A stretch of DNA of 64,000 nucleotides from Polymyxa betae A26-41. Lineage: Eukaryota > Protista > Endomyxa: Phytomyxea. Below the pieces are notes generated by a model. The model was not told the origin of the DNA and did not search any database. It worked only from the letters and a program-made list of their open reading frames with translations. The translations under genes were made by a program, and so were the position numbers. Of this stretch, positions 21,161 to 35,012 are shown in pieces (the first letter of the stretch is position 1; the number at the start of each line of letters is the position of its first letter). The stretch covers positions 62,001-126,000 of the forward strand of contig RBZT01000423.1 of the NCBI GenBank assembly GCA_003693705.1. The letters run 5' to 3'.

Positions 21161-22212
21161 TTAAAATCCAACCAAACATTGGATTGGAATCGACTAGTTG
21201 GTATCAACAGACGGTGCTGGATTCAAATTCCACAGAAGAAGATGAAAGTGAGAGCTTCTTAAATTTATATTACGAGCTCTTACTAACATCCGACCAGTTC
21301 AAGATTTCTATATGTTCTTAATAAGGCCAAATCAGCCAATTTTACATCACATTCAAGTCACCAATTCCTGGTCAGGTTATATATGTTCCGCTCACTGACC
21401 TCAGAACTATGAATATGAAAATCCAATGAAATCGTGGTGATTTGATATAATTGTGCGAATTTATGCTTTCAAGTGATTCCCATATCCATCGCTGTGAGTG
21501 TTGAGAAATGACATTGATGTTCAACAGTCAACCATTCGGCGTTAAAGCAAACGATCTGAACTGTCACATTTAGCATAAAAACCGAAACTATCGATTGGGC
21601 ATTGTACCAATACCCAATCGCACCCCATATTTCGTTTGCTAGCATTTTACAATTGCTTTCAATCGGAAGATCATCGTTCAAGCTAATTCGAAGAAAATTG
21701 CTTGAACACGAAATCGATACGATCCGGTTGCCCATCAACTATAATACAAACTGCAACATAATTGAAGACCACAAATCCAGTAGCTAAAAGTAGCGAAGTC
21801 AGGAGCTGGATAAGCATCAGTGCAGTTTAGACCAGTTCTTGTGGAAATAAGGCTTTTGCTGCTGCAAACAGCCAAATCCGGTTAAATCGAGCATATGGAA
21901 TATAATTTTACAGGCTTGCTCTCTGTAGTCTTTTTTCGTGTTTTTGCCCAGATTTTGTGTATCCAAATATCAAACAAATACACTTGAAAACGAGATTCTC
22001 CAATTTGCGAATGGGAAGTTAACGTGTTCCGACTTTGAGATTCTGCTCAATTTTGATCTATTAGTATTTTTATGTCGCTTTAATGGCCCCATCTTTCAAA
22101 TCTTACGCCATCACGAGCATTGTAATACAAAAAATCTTCAGGATAGCGCGATCGAAAAATATCCATCATATTAAGCGTTCCCAGGTCGATGTTGAACCTG
22201 GTGCTAATTTAA

Positions 22213-23949
22213 ATGACAAGAATTGTCATCGTCATTGCAGCGTTATTGGCATCGCTATCAGATGCTGCCACCAAACGGTCGTTTTACTGCAATCCAGGCT
22301 CGACATGGACATACACCACAGTGGGTGTAAATGAAGTCGTCGAAGTTCGTAGCCACACTAGCACATCAAACATGTACTCTCAAAACATGAATTGCACCTT
22401 GGTTCTAGCAGCACCATCGACCAGCGAACATCTAACAATCAATTTAACTGCATTCAAGGTTGTATCGCCCGATTATGTGATGATCTACGATGGAGCAGAC
22501 CGATCCGTTCTTATCGAAAGATGGTCCGGGACCTATAATTCGTTGCAGCCTGGCTCCAACAGCTACACGACAAAGCTGACATCAACGATCACTATATATA
22601 TGTGGACAAATAACAACAAACAAGCGACAGGGTTTATAGGGGATGTTTATGTTTCACCGGGTTCCATCCCGATCACTGTTAGCAGCAGCCCTAGCACTAG
22701 CATCTCCTCTAAACCCTCTTCACTTTATATATCATCTCGTACTTCATCGCCGTCATCACAGGCGTCTCCAGCCGTGGTCCTGTATCCTTCATCGTCCTTG
22801 CCTCTCACGCACCCGGGATCATGGCAATCTTACCGAGTACCACTCACTTCGCCGATTTCTGACGGTACATAACCTCGAGTGAATCATTTTCAGCCAAATT
22901 TATTTCACTGTCAGGTTCGTCGTCAGATCCCACGTCCAGTCCATCTGAGATTTTTTCATTTCAACAATCGCAATCTGCAGCGCCAACTCCAGTTCTTTCA
23001 ATTTCGTCGCTGTCATCGCTGGTTTATCGAAGTTGGGTTTTATCTACAAGCTCAAGGTCGGTTCTTTCTTGGACGCAGATCGATTAGTCACTTTTATTGC
23101 AGGGCGACCCAGAATGATATTGTAATCAACTACTTAGTTGGATCACAAATCTCAGCACTTCAAATCTCAGTGCCTATTTCAATTTCATATGGGGATGCTG
23201 ATAGCAAGTGGATTCAAGGGGATTTCACTGTGTTTCGTTTGAGCCTTGCCTCGCTTTTATATTGCGATCCCGACAGAATCCAGAACGTGAATCTTTTACC
23301 ATTATCACGTTTACAATCAGAGTTGCAGCTACTTATCCTATCACCCCATGATGTATCCAAAGTTGCAGCTATGGATTTAGCAGTGCAATTCAACAACCAA
23401 ATTCAGAATCCAGACAGTGACCTGCGTCACGTTGAAGTGCTAAATCTAGCGCCAGATCCGCCGATCAACATTACACTGAAAGAGATTCTGGTGACGGTTT
23501 GCCCCAATTCAACCTATGCTGTGGAAGATTGCCCTACGACTGATGCGTTGGTATCGTCAACGACGAACTCAGCGATAATATTGCCTCCGGCTACATCCAT
23601 CACTCTCCTAGCACTATCATTCTGCGTAATTACTGCACTCATCGTTTATGTTCGAGCTCGTAAGGTAAAACAGTATCAGATGACCGACACCCAAACCCCC
23701 AAAGGAGGTGATGCTATAAATTATGATGACGCTCCTGTTCGATACACAACAGGAACAACTGGGCGACGTACGAAACTGTCATTTGCAGTACCAAGCAATA
23801 CAACACAATACCAAGTAAAAAGAGTGGCATATGATGAAATGCAAATGACGCTAGTATCTGACGAAGAAGAAGGACATAAGTATATAAAGAAACGGCAGGC
23901 ATCGTACCATTTTGGAGAAGCGGATGGCAATATATCTGCATTGGAGTGA
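22213..23949 (+). CDS. Type I membrane protein: signal peptide, CUB domain, S/T/P-rich stalk, juxtamembrane domain, TM helix, cytoplasmic tail; 3 exons
   Basis: Signal MTRIVIVIAALLASLSDA; CUB-like YSQNMNCTLVL...F...DYVMIYDG...SG...D/N...TGF; introns about 22865-22914 and 23057-23103 join the two ORFs through a Ser-rich exon; TM ITLLALSFCVITALIVYV followed by RARK. Confidence 0.82.
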
Positions 23950-24102
23950 TTGGATACTTAATAGATCATCGCAATCAAGTGCTATCAGCTCTATTGACTT
24001 TTTTTAGCAAATAAAATTTGAAAATTACTTTCCGTCACGGACTCCGAGACCTCTGACAGCATCGATTTTGTGCAATTCCTGAGCAGAACTTTACAATTCA
24101 GC

Positions 24103-26565
24103 ATGATTCAAGTCAACATTACAACTTCTAAATCATTGAAAGAGAGTAAACCGACCATCTTTGGTGCGGCAGATGAACCCAAAAGTTATGTAACGAAACC
24201 AAAGAAACATTCACAGAGCATACAGAAGCCAGCCAAGAGAGCGAAATTGCTTCCAAGGATAAAACGTAACTGCATTCGATATAATCTACATTATCTCTGA
24301 AGTTCATTTCAGGAGCAGTTCCTCTGGAGACGAAATCGGATACGGAACTGGAAAAACGTCGCAACAAAGGAGATGCCTCCTCACTATTCGCTCGATCGTT
24401 TACATCGTTGGGCGTTCCTGAAAGAATGGCCCACCAGCTTCAATTGAAGTTTGAATTTGAGCAAGCCACATTGGTTCAAAGCCTGGCTATTCCGGAAATG
24501 ACTGCTGGTCGTGATGTTCTGGCACAATCGCAGACCGGTTCGGGTAAAACCCTCGGTATGCAATTAGTTACGTTTTCGCTTTTTATCTCAAGCAATCAGG
24601 ATTTGAGATATCCTTGGTTATCTCGATAGATTTATCGCTGCTTACTCACCTGATTTTACAGCTTTCCTTGTTCCGATTCTGTCCCGGTTAACAGATCCTG
24701 CACATGAAAGAGTTCAACGCGATATGGGCACACTGGCGATAATCCTATGCCCAACACGTGAGCTCTGTATTCAAACGCACAACGTTCTAAACAAGTTGGC
24801 ACAAAAGTTCCCATATATAGTCACTGGCATCGTGATGGGAGGTCAGAAACTCAAATCCGAAAAGGCGTCGCTTCGTAAAGGTACCCTGCAGGCGAGTTCA
24901 GACATCACTGTAGCTGATCCGCTATCAGGCATAACAATCTTGATTTGCACACCTGGGCGTTTAGTTGATCATATTCGAAACACGTCGTCATTCAAGTATT
25001 CGAACTGCGAGTTCCTGGTATTGGATGAAGCCGATCGATTGTTGGATATGGGATTCGAGGCCGATCTCAACAGCATCGCAGAAGCTCTTGTCTCAAAGCA
25101 CAGACGATCTGACAGGATTCAATGCGCTTTGCTGTCAGCTACGTTAGATAAACGTGTCAACAAGCTCGGCTCTATCTTTCTCAAGAATCCCACTGTTATT
25201 GATTGCAGTTCACTATTACGTGATACCAACAATCCAGGTGCGCTTTCAGACCGCTGATTCTATACCTGTTAATGAAATATCGCTGCAGAGCCTGCCACCA
25301 TTGCCTATGATATTCCAAAAGGGCTTTGCCAGGGTTATGTCGCCGTACCTGAACGATTACGTTTGGTGGCACTTGCATCATTTCTACGCTGGAAAATCGC
25401 CTCGTACTCTGGCGGAGGTATGCCTAATCGAATTGATTGCTCTGTCCGGATTGTGATTGTTGTTATTTAGAGGATTTTAAAGCGATCGTGTTCGTGTCAA
25501 CTTGCGACCAGGTCGAATTCTATCATCGGCTGTTTAATAGCGTTTGCTGGCCTCCACAGCCATATCAACAGCAGCTGAATGATGATGACAAAGAACTTGT
25601 TGTTGATGATCTGTACGACAACGACACATTACATGATCCTATCATACCATCACCCTTATTTAAACTGCACGGGAACATGCTGCCTAGCGAGCGGACCAAA
25701 GGTCGGATATCTCCAATCCCAACATTCTTGATATTGATTCGCCCTGTTTGTAGTGTTTCAAAAATTCTCGAAAGCGCAGGGTGGCATCATGATCTGTACA
25801 GATGTAGCAGCTCGAGGCCTGGACTTACCATCACTCGATTGGATCATTCAGTTTAATCCACCGACTGAGATCACCGATTACATCCATCGCGTCGGTAGAA
25901 CCGCTCGACTCGGTTCGGTTCTTAATGATTCTCGATTAAATTCTGCTGATATCGTGTTCAGGTCGTCGTGGGCGAGCATTAATCATTTTATCCCAAATGG
26001 AGAGTGATTTTATCTCAGTCCTTGGAAAGCATGGCTTACAGAATATCGAACCGATGAACTCGATGAGCTTGCTAGACACTTTGAGAACCGAAAAATTCCC
26101 GGATGATAAGCCTGGTATTGAATTCTGTAATTATTCTTCCATGTCAAAATCCATTAGCCGAGCTGTTGATGTCGATATGGATTTGAAGACTTTGGCATCG
26201 CGGGCGTTTATCAGCTACACCCGTTCATATGCTACATATCCACGATCTTTACGAAATGTCTTTTCCGTTCAGAAACTGCATTTAGGTCGGTTTGTTTTCG
26301 CGCTTGCACGTGTTAGAGTTACTGAGTTAGTCTGTTAGGTCATGTTGCATCAAGCTTCGGGTTAAAACAGCCTCCGACAACCATTGTTAACCAACAGCGG
26401 TCGAAGAAGCGACCTAACGATGGCAATGATGATGATGCATCAGATTCTGATCTTGAGCTCGATAAATTCTCGAAATCGTCCGTAGAAAAGAAGAATCGGG
26501 CCAAGTACTTGCAGAAAAAGCCGAAAAGGCAGAAACATAATCCTATTGCAGAGTTTGCAACATAA
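24103..26565 (+). CDS. DBP7: DEAD-box RNA helicase DBP7/DDX31 (60S biogenesis)
   Basis: Q motif, [88 protein letters not shown]...LHLG|HVASSFGL, ending EFAT*. Confidence 0.93.
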
Positions 26566-26614
26566 CTATTAAAAAAGTGTCATCGGCCCTGCAAAATGTT
26601 AGTTGTAGCAAGAC

Positions 26615-29567
26615 TTAAGTCGTATTTATATCAGACAGATGATGACGTATTGTCTCCAAGCGTGGCAATAAAACGCAGAGCTCACGCGAGGACTGACTTC
26701 TAGTTAACAAGTGATCCAAATTTTTGAAACATTCCTCTATGTACATATTTGCAGAGCATCTTGCTTCTGTTGTGGAGATCAGCAAACTCAAATGCGATGA
26801 AAATAGAAGAAAATTACCGGTCCAGGCGTCTCGTATGACCAATTCAAGCTCGTTGGAATCGCGAGCGTGTTTCGCACGATTCAGTAAAGATGACATCTCA
26901 GGATTAGGCGACGGTAGAGAGAAGCGATGTCCTGATTCAGCAGCATAGAGTATCAGCATCTGAACAACAGAATTTCTGCGATTACAATCTAGGAAAATGG
27001 ATTATGCAATTGTAAAGAAACGACAAACAGATTTACATTGTGCCGCCAAATCTAAAACTGTATGCTGTTCTTCACGTTTGCAGGCGGTAATGAGCGAAAC
27101 AGTTGCCATGCAAATAAGTTTCTGAGAGCGCAAGCTTTGCAAAATCTACGAAACAACAATATTGGATTTCATGTGTATAATAATAATATTGTGAATTACC
27201 GAAGATAGCTGATTTGAAGGAACCAATATAGCCATCGCTGCTATGCATTTAGAAATGGTGGATAGCAGACGAGAAGACAAAATGGGATGCTTCAACCTCG
27301 CTTGAATACCGTTGACGATCGTCGAGCGAAACGCATTATCGCATAAGGTGTCAACAACCGGCTTTGATTGTAGAACGAAATAAAGCCCCTCAAAAGCCAA
27401 AAGCTGAATGTGCATTTCAGAGCAAAAATTGCATAACCAATTAGAGTACCAGATCAGGAGTCTTGGCATTCGGCAAAGACGTAATGCGACTGAAAAAATT
27501 CAGTATTTGGCGGGCAAAACCGCAACGAGAACGGTCATCGGGAAATGCATCCAGTGACAAAAAACGCAATAGATAGGAATGAGCATAGCATATCGAAGAG
27601 GAATTTGTTCCTGTAGCGGTAAGTTCTACAACTGCCAATGACAGAAAAAGATGAGACCTGGTGCCAGTTTATGATCCAGAACGGGTTGAAACATGGCTTT
27701 CAAGAATTGTAAGAAAGGTCCCTAATAAACTGAGGATGGTAGCAGACGATTTAGCCGATGCATACTGGGTCGGGCATGGAACGGAAGACTGCAATGACGA
27801 CATCACAAAGCCGAACTTGATAAAACGTTAACTCAGTACTGCGATTAAACAGCTCTTCAGACTAAAAGAATCTTGAACCAGGACTGATGTGATCGTATCA
27901 CCACTACCGTTTTTTGCAGCTGATCCAACAGTGCCGAGCGTGTCGAAGCAGATGAAAAGCAGATATATCTCACTCTACCTAAATCTAAAACATTGAAAGA
28001 AAGAGGAACCAGGCAAAACTTACATGAGATGACGGCAGATTCGAAAGGTGAACACATTTTCATTAAACACATTCCGGAAGACTTCACCTGTCCATGGTTC
28101 AGTTTGAACCGGGCTGGAGCAGCGCTGCAGACTCACGAATAGATTCAGATTTGTTTGACATACAGCGAGAGATAACGGAGATAAAAAAATTGTATATATC
28201 ATCGGTCAGATGCTGAAAAGCTTGGCAAAGCAACGTGAAACACTAGCCGCGAAGAAATTTAAATTTGTTATGACTGCACGAGCAGGAAATACCTCAGGCA
28301 GACCAGACAGTGGGCATCCCTATAACCAGACTTCAGCGGAAAGAATAGGGATTGTATCATGTCACCTTTTGCATCAGTGTAACAGACATTATGATCAGCC
28401 TAAAGCTTTTCAGAAAGGAAACGGCGATTGGATACCTCAGACCGATAAAACCGATTCTTCTCTGGCAATTGAGCGAAAGAAAAACTGCAATGATCAGCGA
28501 TGTCAGCCAGGATCTCAAGTAGTTTGAAGATCAGGGTTAGGCTGAACTGGGACTGCAAAACTGCCACTGAAATTGGTTCGAAAATCAAGGAAAGTTTCGA
28601 TTGAATCCTTTCAAAGATATTATCAGCACATTAGATGCAACTGGAGCTTGCATTACAATTTACAAGAATCGTGAGATTGAGAGCCAGTACTGGATTGCAG
28701 GCTTAGGCGAAGCTGATTGGCAAGAAATGCCATCACCTTTATGGATCGGGTATTGCAATGCGGTTGCTGGTTCAGTATCTTGTCTAATAAGTACGAAATT
28801 ATAGAGCCACAGCCAAACAAAGTATTTGTGCTTAGTCCTGTAACAGAACGTTAATCATGGGATTGAAACCCTAGATACGATAACAGTTTCTAGCCAATAT
28901 ACCTTGCCAGACAAAACGCAAAAGCGGGTCGTCATTCCGGTCCAAGGCGTCATCGGAAAGACGACATAGTGAATTACAAACACTGATATTAACATCATGT
29001 TGTAAGGTAGATGAGTTTAACTCTTTCAGTATCAAAGCGACACCTTGAAACACAGCGTTCAACTCGGATTTACTTCCTGATAACATCGACCTCAATGGAA
29101 GTAAACGCAATTGAATCGTTAGCAGAGACCTTGTAGAGCCTGTTGCCTAGCAATTTTAACGACCGTTTGCAGACAGTCGACAATGGCGGAAACAGAATCA
29201 GCTCTAAGATCTGAAGATAGACGACGGATCCAACGAGTAATAGCAATGACCATTAAGGGTCCAGGCGCCGTTTGGCATAAGCTCATGAGCTGCTCTACAG
29301 AAACGTCTATTCTCTGAGTCATAAATCGTTATCAATATATTTTGAAGTTAAAGTACTGGAATCGTCCACATATATCATCAGCGTTATAAGCAAAGAAGTC
29401 GCAGATGTCGACTGTTCAAGCTGAAACTCAGCTAGGTGGTGACGAATTCGGCCTTCGGCGTCTGGATCTTGCAGAGATACTGCATAGGTCGCTGGCGAGG
29501 GCCAGGCCGGCATAAGATCTGTCTGTCGTCGTGCGAAAGTGAATACATCATCTGCCCAAGCTTGCAT
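26615..29567 (-). CDS. Large multi-exon Leu-rich, probably alpha-solenoid protein of unknown family
   Basis: Chain of minus-strand ORFs (29319-29642, 29119-29322, 28871-29110, 27441-27638, 27146-27469, 26615-26959) separated by short GT-AG gaps; helical, Leu-rich composition. Not identified. Confidence 0.65.
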
Positions 29568-29905
29568 TAGATGAAAATATTGAATGACGTCAAATGTGGG
29601 GTAATGGGGCTCCCCATGACACGTGAAGGCTGCGCATTCCACAGGGACAATTTACGATACTATGGTAGCGTAAGAGGATCCACACCCCATGAGTCATCAT
29701 TGATAATTAGCAATAAACTACCGGTAGTCTTCTTAAGCAAGGTTGTCGTCGGGGCTTGAGAACGATTCTTTCCTGGATAAAAATGCAACAAAAAGAAAGC
29801 ACTAAAACAAAAGAAAAGTCCAAAAAAAATTTCAAGTACTGATTGAAGTCCGTCGCGGAGTCCGATTGGGGAATCAGTCGAATTTCCTGAAAATCTCACC
29901 AAACG

Positions 29906-32900
29906 ATGAAAGTATCAGGTGAAGATATGGATATCTATTGTGATCTGGGCTCAGCCTCAGTTGATATACGACGTAATGCGACAGTCGCATTAATTGATAA
30001 GTTGGGTGCTAAACACATCTCACATGAATACGTCCTGAAGCGGCTATGTCGTGGGTTGTGCTCCTCGGCGGCCTGCGCCCGTCAGGGATTCGCCTCGGCA
30101 CTCACCGCTTTACTTCTTCAAACTGATGTCATCTCTAATGATGAGCTGGCGGCCGCCATCAAGCAGTATCTATTCTTGCCCGAACAAGCTTCCAGACAAG
30201 ATAAGAAGGATCTTCTGATGGGTAAGAATATCAAGATGGTTGAAGGAAGGGTCGTCCCATGATATTATATGTAGGTCGATGTTTTGCATTGTTAGTGCTA
30301 TGCCGTTCGAAGCGCCTTCACGCACTGTCAACCAGCGAAATCGTCGAGAATGTTAAACTGCTTTCTACTAAGACCCCAGAATGGGCATCGGAGCTTGTTC
30401 AACAGACAATTTTGAATATCGCCCAGCAAAACAACGACGAAGCCGTGACGGAACAGATTTCGAATTTTGCCAAGGTCGCACCATTGCTGGACTCTTTTGC
30501 ATTAGGTTTGAACCTGAAAACTGTTGGAATCGAAAGAGACCCGATCAAGATCCTTGATGCATTGAGATTGTCATTACCGCATGTCCATTGTTCGCTACAA
30601 TACTGGATCCAGTCTATGACTCTGGACGAAGTCGATTCTCTATGGCGTGATCATATTGAGGCATACTGTTTCTCTGATGAGACCACCGTCAAACACAAAC
30701 TCTTAGGCTTGGTTATAATCGTACGTTTGTCGTTGTATGTTTGCTGACGGGTCACGATATTCAGTTATCTCAGGAGTGTTTGTTGAACTCGGTTGCTGAG
30801 AAAGATTCGTTGAATCGTTTGACTGGTATCATCTTTTCGTCTTCGTCTCTCAACGTCATATCCACTAGTGCTTCTTTCAAAAAACACTCGCTGCATGACA
30901 TCGCCAGTAATTTGTTTGTATGCTTTATGTCGTTGAGATAATGACGTGCTGTTACAGTTCGGATATTGGATAAACTTGCATTCACGGTTAAGCTATATCC
31001 AGAAGTAATCGTTTCGTTACCAAGTTGTTCGCTTTCGTTTCTCATACTGTACTAGTTAATGTTACCAGTCGTCCGACGACTCGGTGTTACATTCGATCTA
31101 AAATCGCGAACCAAAACTGTTGCCGACTGCTTCCAAGTTGTATCGCCATCCATGATGCAAGAATTTATTCGCGAGGTATCGCGTTTTAGAGAGCTGCTGT
31201 ATGTTGCAATACTGAATGCGTGCTGCTTCCAGGTTGATGAGTCCCATATCAAAAACACTCAAATGAACAAAGAAGATCGCATTCGTTCCATCGATCTCGT
31301 GTTTCTTATATTACGAAAGCAGAAGTATTGCCGCATTCATTGTCCTGCGACTTGTTTGAGCGTTTCACAGAACTGGCGACGAATCCAAACCCATCATTGA
31401 GCAAATTCTCTCATTCTTCGTTCAGAAGGCCTTTTCTGAAACGAGTATCATATCTGAGACATGTCGCGCTCGTCTCATCTCCTCTTTGGCGTCTTTAATG
31501 CACGTAAGTAAATCCAACTAACATCTCCCTGACCTCAGACTTGAATTTAGACCGGTCCTGATTTCACTTTCTATGTGATGAATCAGTGGCGCCACCTCTC
31601 TGGTAAAGGCTCTGAGCTTGTATCGCCTTGGTCGGATTCCCTTGATAAAGCGTGGCGTCTATTGGACAAAGCTTTCAAGAAAGGGGAATCCATTGCGGTT
31701 TTTACAGCGCTTCGCTTGCTAATCAGTGCTCTTGGTATCATTATTTTTTCCGCTTTCTAGTCTCTCTCCTAAAACATGGGTTTTTAGCTCTTTTTTCCCT
31801 GTCAAACCATGTCGCTGCTGAGCCGTTACTGGCTGACGCCATTGAATGTTTGAACAAGTATAAAACCAGCCTGAAACCGAAGAAGAAGCTTGATAAGCAA
31901 TTCGGGAATGTTTTACTGGATATTATGACTGCTATGTGCTCGCAATCTTGCCTTTTTTTACGCGAGGTGGCTCTTTCAGTGTTCCGGTCATGCTCACAGT
32001 TTGTCGAACCTGATGCGCTTCTCTCTATGACTGGGCAGCTTATGCCTAACGATAATCAAGCAGTTGAGGAGTCCAATGATGAGGGCGATGATGACAGCGA
32101 AGAAGACGGTTATTCTATTTGAACATGGCTGTCATCGCCGTATTAACTCTACATTTAGAATCAGAAGATGATGACGACGACAATGATGACGACCATGATC
32201 ATCATCCAGCGAACAATGCTGAGGAAATTGAAAGCGCGTCAGAGGCAGTAGAATGCGGACCAGAGGGCTCTGATGAAACTGACAACGATGGATCTGAATA
32301 TGACGATGAAGAGCGGTATGATGCTGCTCTGGTCAACTATATCAAAATGCGCCAACAAGCGAAGGCAGACAAAACGGCCCTAAAGGTATGATATGTTTTA
32401 TAATTGCTCTCGCTTTTGGATTAAGCTTCACCAGATCGAGAAAACTCATTTCAAGATCCGCCTTGTGGACCTTCTTGAGCAATTCGTTAGAGCGAATCCT
32501 ACTTCTGAGCATTTGCTGGATTTGGTGGTTCCTTTACTGCAAGCACTCAAGGCGAATGAGGCAATCAGCCATTGTCGACCCCTGTCACAAAAGATTGCTG
32601 GTTTGTTATCGAAACGGGTCCGTTGTCATTTAATTGCTCAAAATCCTCAATTTGAGCGTTAAATAGATTTTCAACTGCATCTTTCCAACTTGCCCACAGA
32701 AGTCCCTTAAGCTCCTTAAACTCTGTATCAACGAAGCTTTAGTGGCTGGCTCAGCATCAAAGCTACCCTGCTTCCGTCAAGCCGTATTACTGTATAGGTG
32801 ATGTTATAGCGAAATTCTCATTTGTTTTTCAGATTTACTTTGCTTCTCGACTATACCTTGTTAGCGCAAAAGAATTATCATCTTCAGACTCTATTGTTGA

Positions 32901-33575
32901 ATCATATGCCCCTTTGATTGAAGCGTGTTTCCAGAAGAAGAATGGATTTATAAACATCCAGTTCCTGCAATTCATTTTAGAACGTAAGAACTAGCCCGTT
33001 ATTCAAACTAATCGAGTCACCGTCCTCTAGGCAATGCTACAATTGCGATCACACTTTTGCCTCTTCTTGTCAAGAACACGACAACGTCAGCCAATGAGTT
33101 CCTTCGATGTGAAGGATACTCTTTATTGTCTTTTGTCTTACGCAAGCATTGCAAAGAAGAGTGCCTATCGACCACTCTTTCGAAACACTCTGAATGCGTC
33201 CAACAATGTTTATGTAATGTGGTTATTGAATAAGATATTCATTTTTCACCGTGTTTATAGTGTCTGCATTGAATTGTAATTCGGATAAGACTAACCGCAT
33301 TCGCTGTGCTTTTGATTTTGCCGCCTCGCTGCTTCGATTGTCAAGGCAACTTTCAATCGACATCGTCACAGAAGATGTCGGCTTGTCTCTTGCATCGCTT
33401 CCTGAAAGTAATGCCCACCTTCTCTTTCGTGTTGTAAATTTAATGGACTACGACAGGGCACCCTCAACAGTTCCAGCGTTTGCGTTCGACATTGGAACAA
33501 TTCCTGCCGACTCATACAGAAAAGATGCCGTCCAGCAGCAAACCAAAGCCCAAGCGACACAGAACGAAAGCGTAA
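29906..33575 (+). CDS. POL5: MYBBP1A / Pol5 ('DNA polymerase phi') nucleolar protein
   Basis: YVLKRLCRGLCSSAACARQGFASALTALL is the Pol5 N-terminal signature; acidic D/E tract then YDAALVNYIK...HFKIRLVDLLE; likely basic C-terminus (...KPKPKRHRTKA*) after a short final intron. Confidence 0.88.
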
Positions 33576-33723
33576 TTTGTGTTTAATTCTAATAATATGG
33601 CTTCATTGTTTGAGTATACATCTTCAGAAACTGAAATCGCAGAATATAGTGACTTGAATTATATATCTGCACGTGTAGATTTCAATTTGGCAAACTTGAT
33701 AGATTTGAATTTAATTGTTGAAG

Positions 33724-34236
33724 TTAAGACGTCCTCGCCGATCTTCGCTTCGACCCGGATTTTGGAGTGTCATTATTAGAAGATCTGTTTGGTGTTTGAG
33801 CTGCAGCATGGTTGTCGCCAGCCTGCCTGCGGCTGCTGTCTTCGTCATCGATTGCTGTAGCAATAACTGCAACGGGGCCAGCACTCCCAGCAGCTGCTTC
33901 AACAAGAGCCGGTACTGCTGATAATGGCACCTTTTTTGCTTTAGTTTTGGTAGGTGGTATATTTGGATATGTATGCAGCAGTGAAGGTTGACCAGCTCGA
34001 TGCCTGGCCCGCTCCAATACTCTCCATTTGTCTTTTAAATCGACATTGGTACGAGAAGATAGAACTGGCCCATATGTAGCATCACGTAGAATGGTGGCCC
34101 ACTGTCCTAGACCGTATTCACTAACAGCTTCAAGCAGTGCTTTAGTCTCAAGCTCCGACCAAGGAGACCAGACATGACCTGAGTCAAGATCAGCTCAAGT
34201 AGACATGCCCTAACCTGATGCAATACCTGGCCGCAT
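33724..34236 (-). CDS. Small single-Myb telobox (TRF/SMH-like) protein, about 154 aa, 2 exons
   Basis: MRP|GHVWSPWSELETKALLEAVSEYGLGQWATILRDATYGPVLSSRTNVDLKDKWRVL continues in frame into ORF 33724-34017. RTNVDLKDKWR is the telobox signature. Confidence 0.88.
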
Positions 34237-35012
34237 CCTGGTTAATGATTCCACAATGGGTCGGCCAGGCGTACGCTTGGAAATGCCAGAAGTGGTAGGA
34301 TCGCTTTCCAGGACTGGCGTCGAAAAACGACGAAATTTCCACAAATATATCAGGCCGGGTCAAAACATAATTCTAGCCAGCAATTTTGTGCGGTATTTTT
34401 AAATACTTTTTATATAACTCATGATCTTTTTTAGTTATCGTTGAGTCTCCTATGAGCAGTTGATTCTTTCATTAATGGTAAGTACTCTCTCATATATGTA
34501 AATAAATACATTTCATTGAAACAGTTTCACATAACTGATCGGCATATTTGAAGCTCTGTCATAACTGACCTACCCTACCAAATATAAGACAGACTTTATT
34601 TGTAACAAACGCAAACCATGGATGCTATCGCCTATCGCTGAGTAATGATTGAAAGGCAGCTTTCTCAAATTAAATGGGGCTAGGTTATACATTCTACCAA
34701 TCACTATGGTGAAATGCATCTTTGTCGTCAGTCTCATGATGTAATTAAGCCATGACGACATCAGTCGTTGTGGAGCGTAAGACATAGCATCTCTGGTTGG
34801 ACGATCTGGTCGCAGTTTGTCACTCTATTGCTGTTGTTGTTGAGCACTACAATCTCCAACCTTCATCTCAGCTGAGCGGATAATGTACTTTGTATGTATC
34901 TTTCTCTCGCCCAAACAGAGCATTACATCATACGTCATAGCCCAGCTCTACAGTCCACTGTCTATTGCCAATGTCTAATCTCATTTCTCTCATTCTATCT
35001 TTGTAATCTGTT

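Noticed and set aside
17940-34215. Isolated TTAGGG/CCCTAA words (17941, about 19096, and in the telobox gene intron near 34208) as telomeric or autoregulatory sites
   Set aside because: Single hexamers with no tandem arrays; many are expected by chance in 64 kb.
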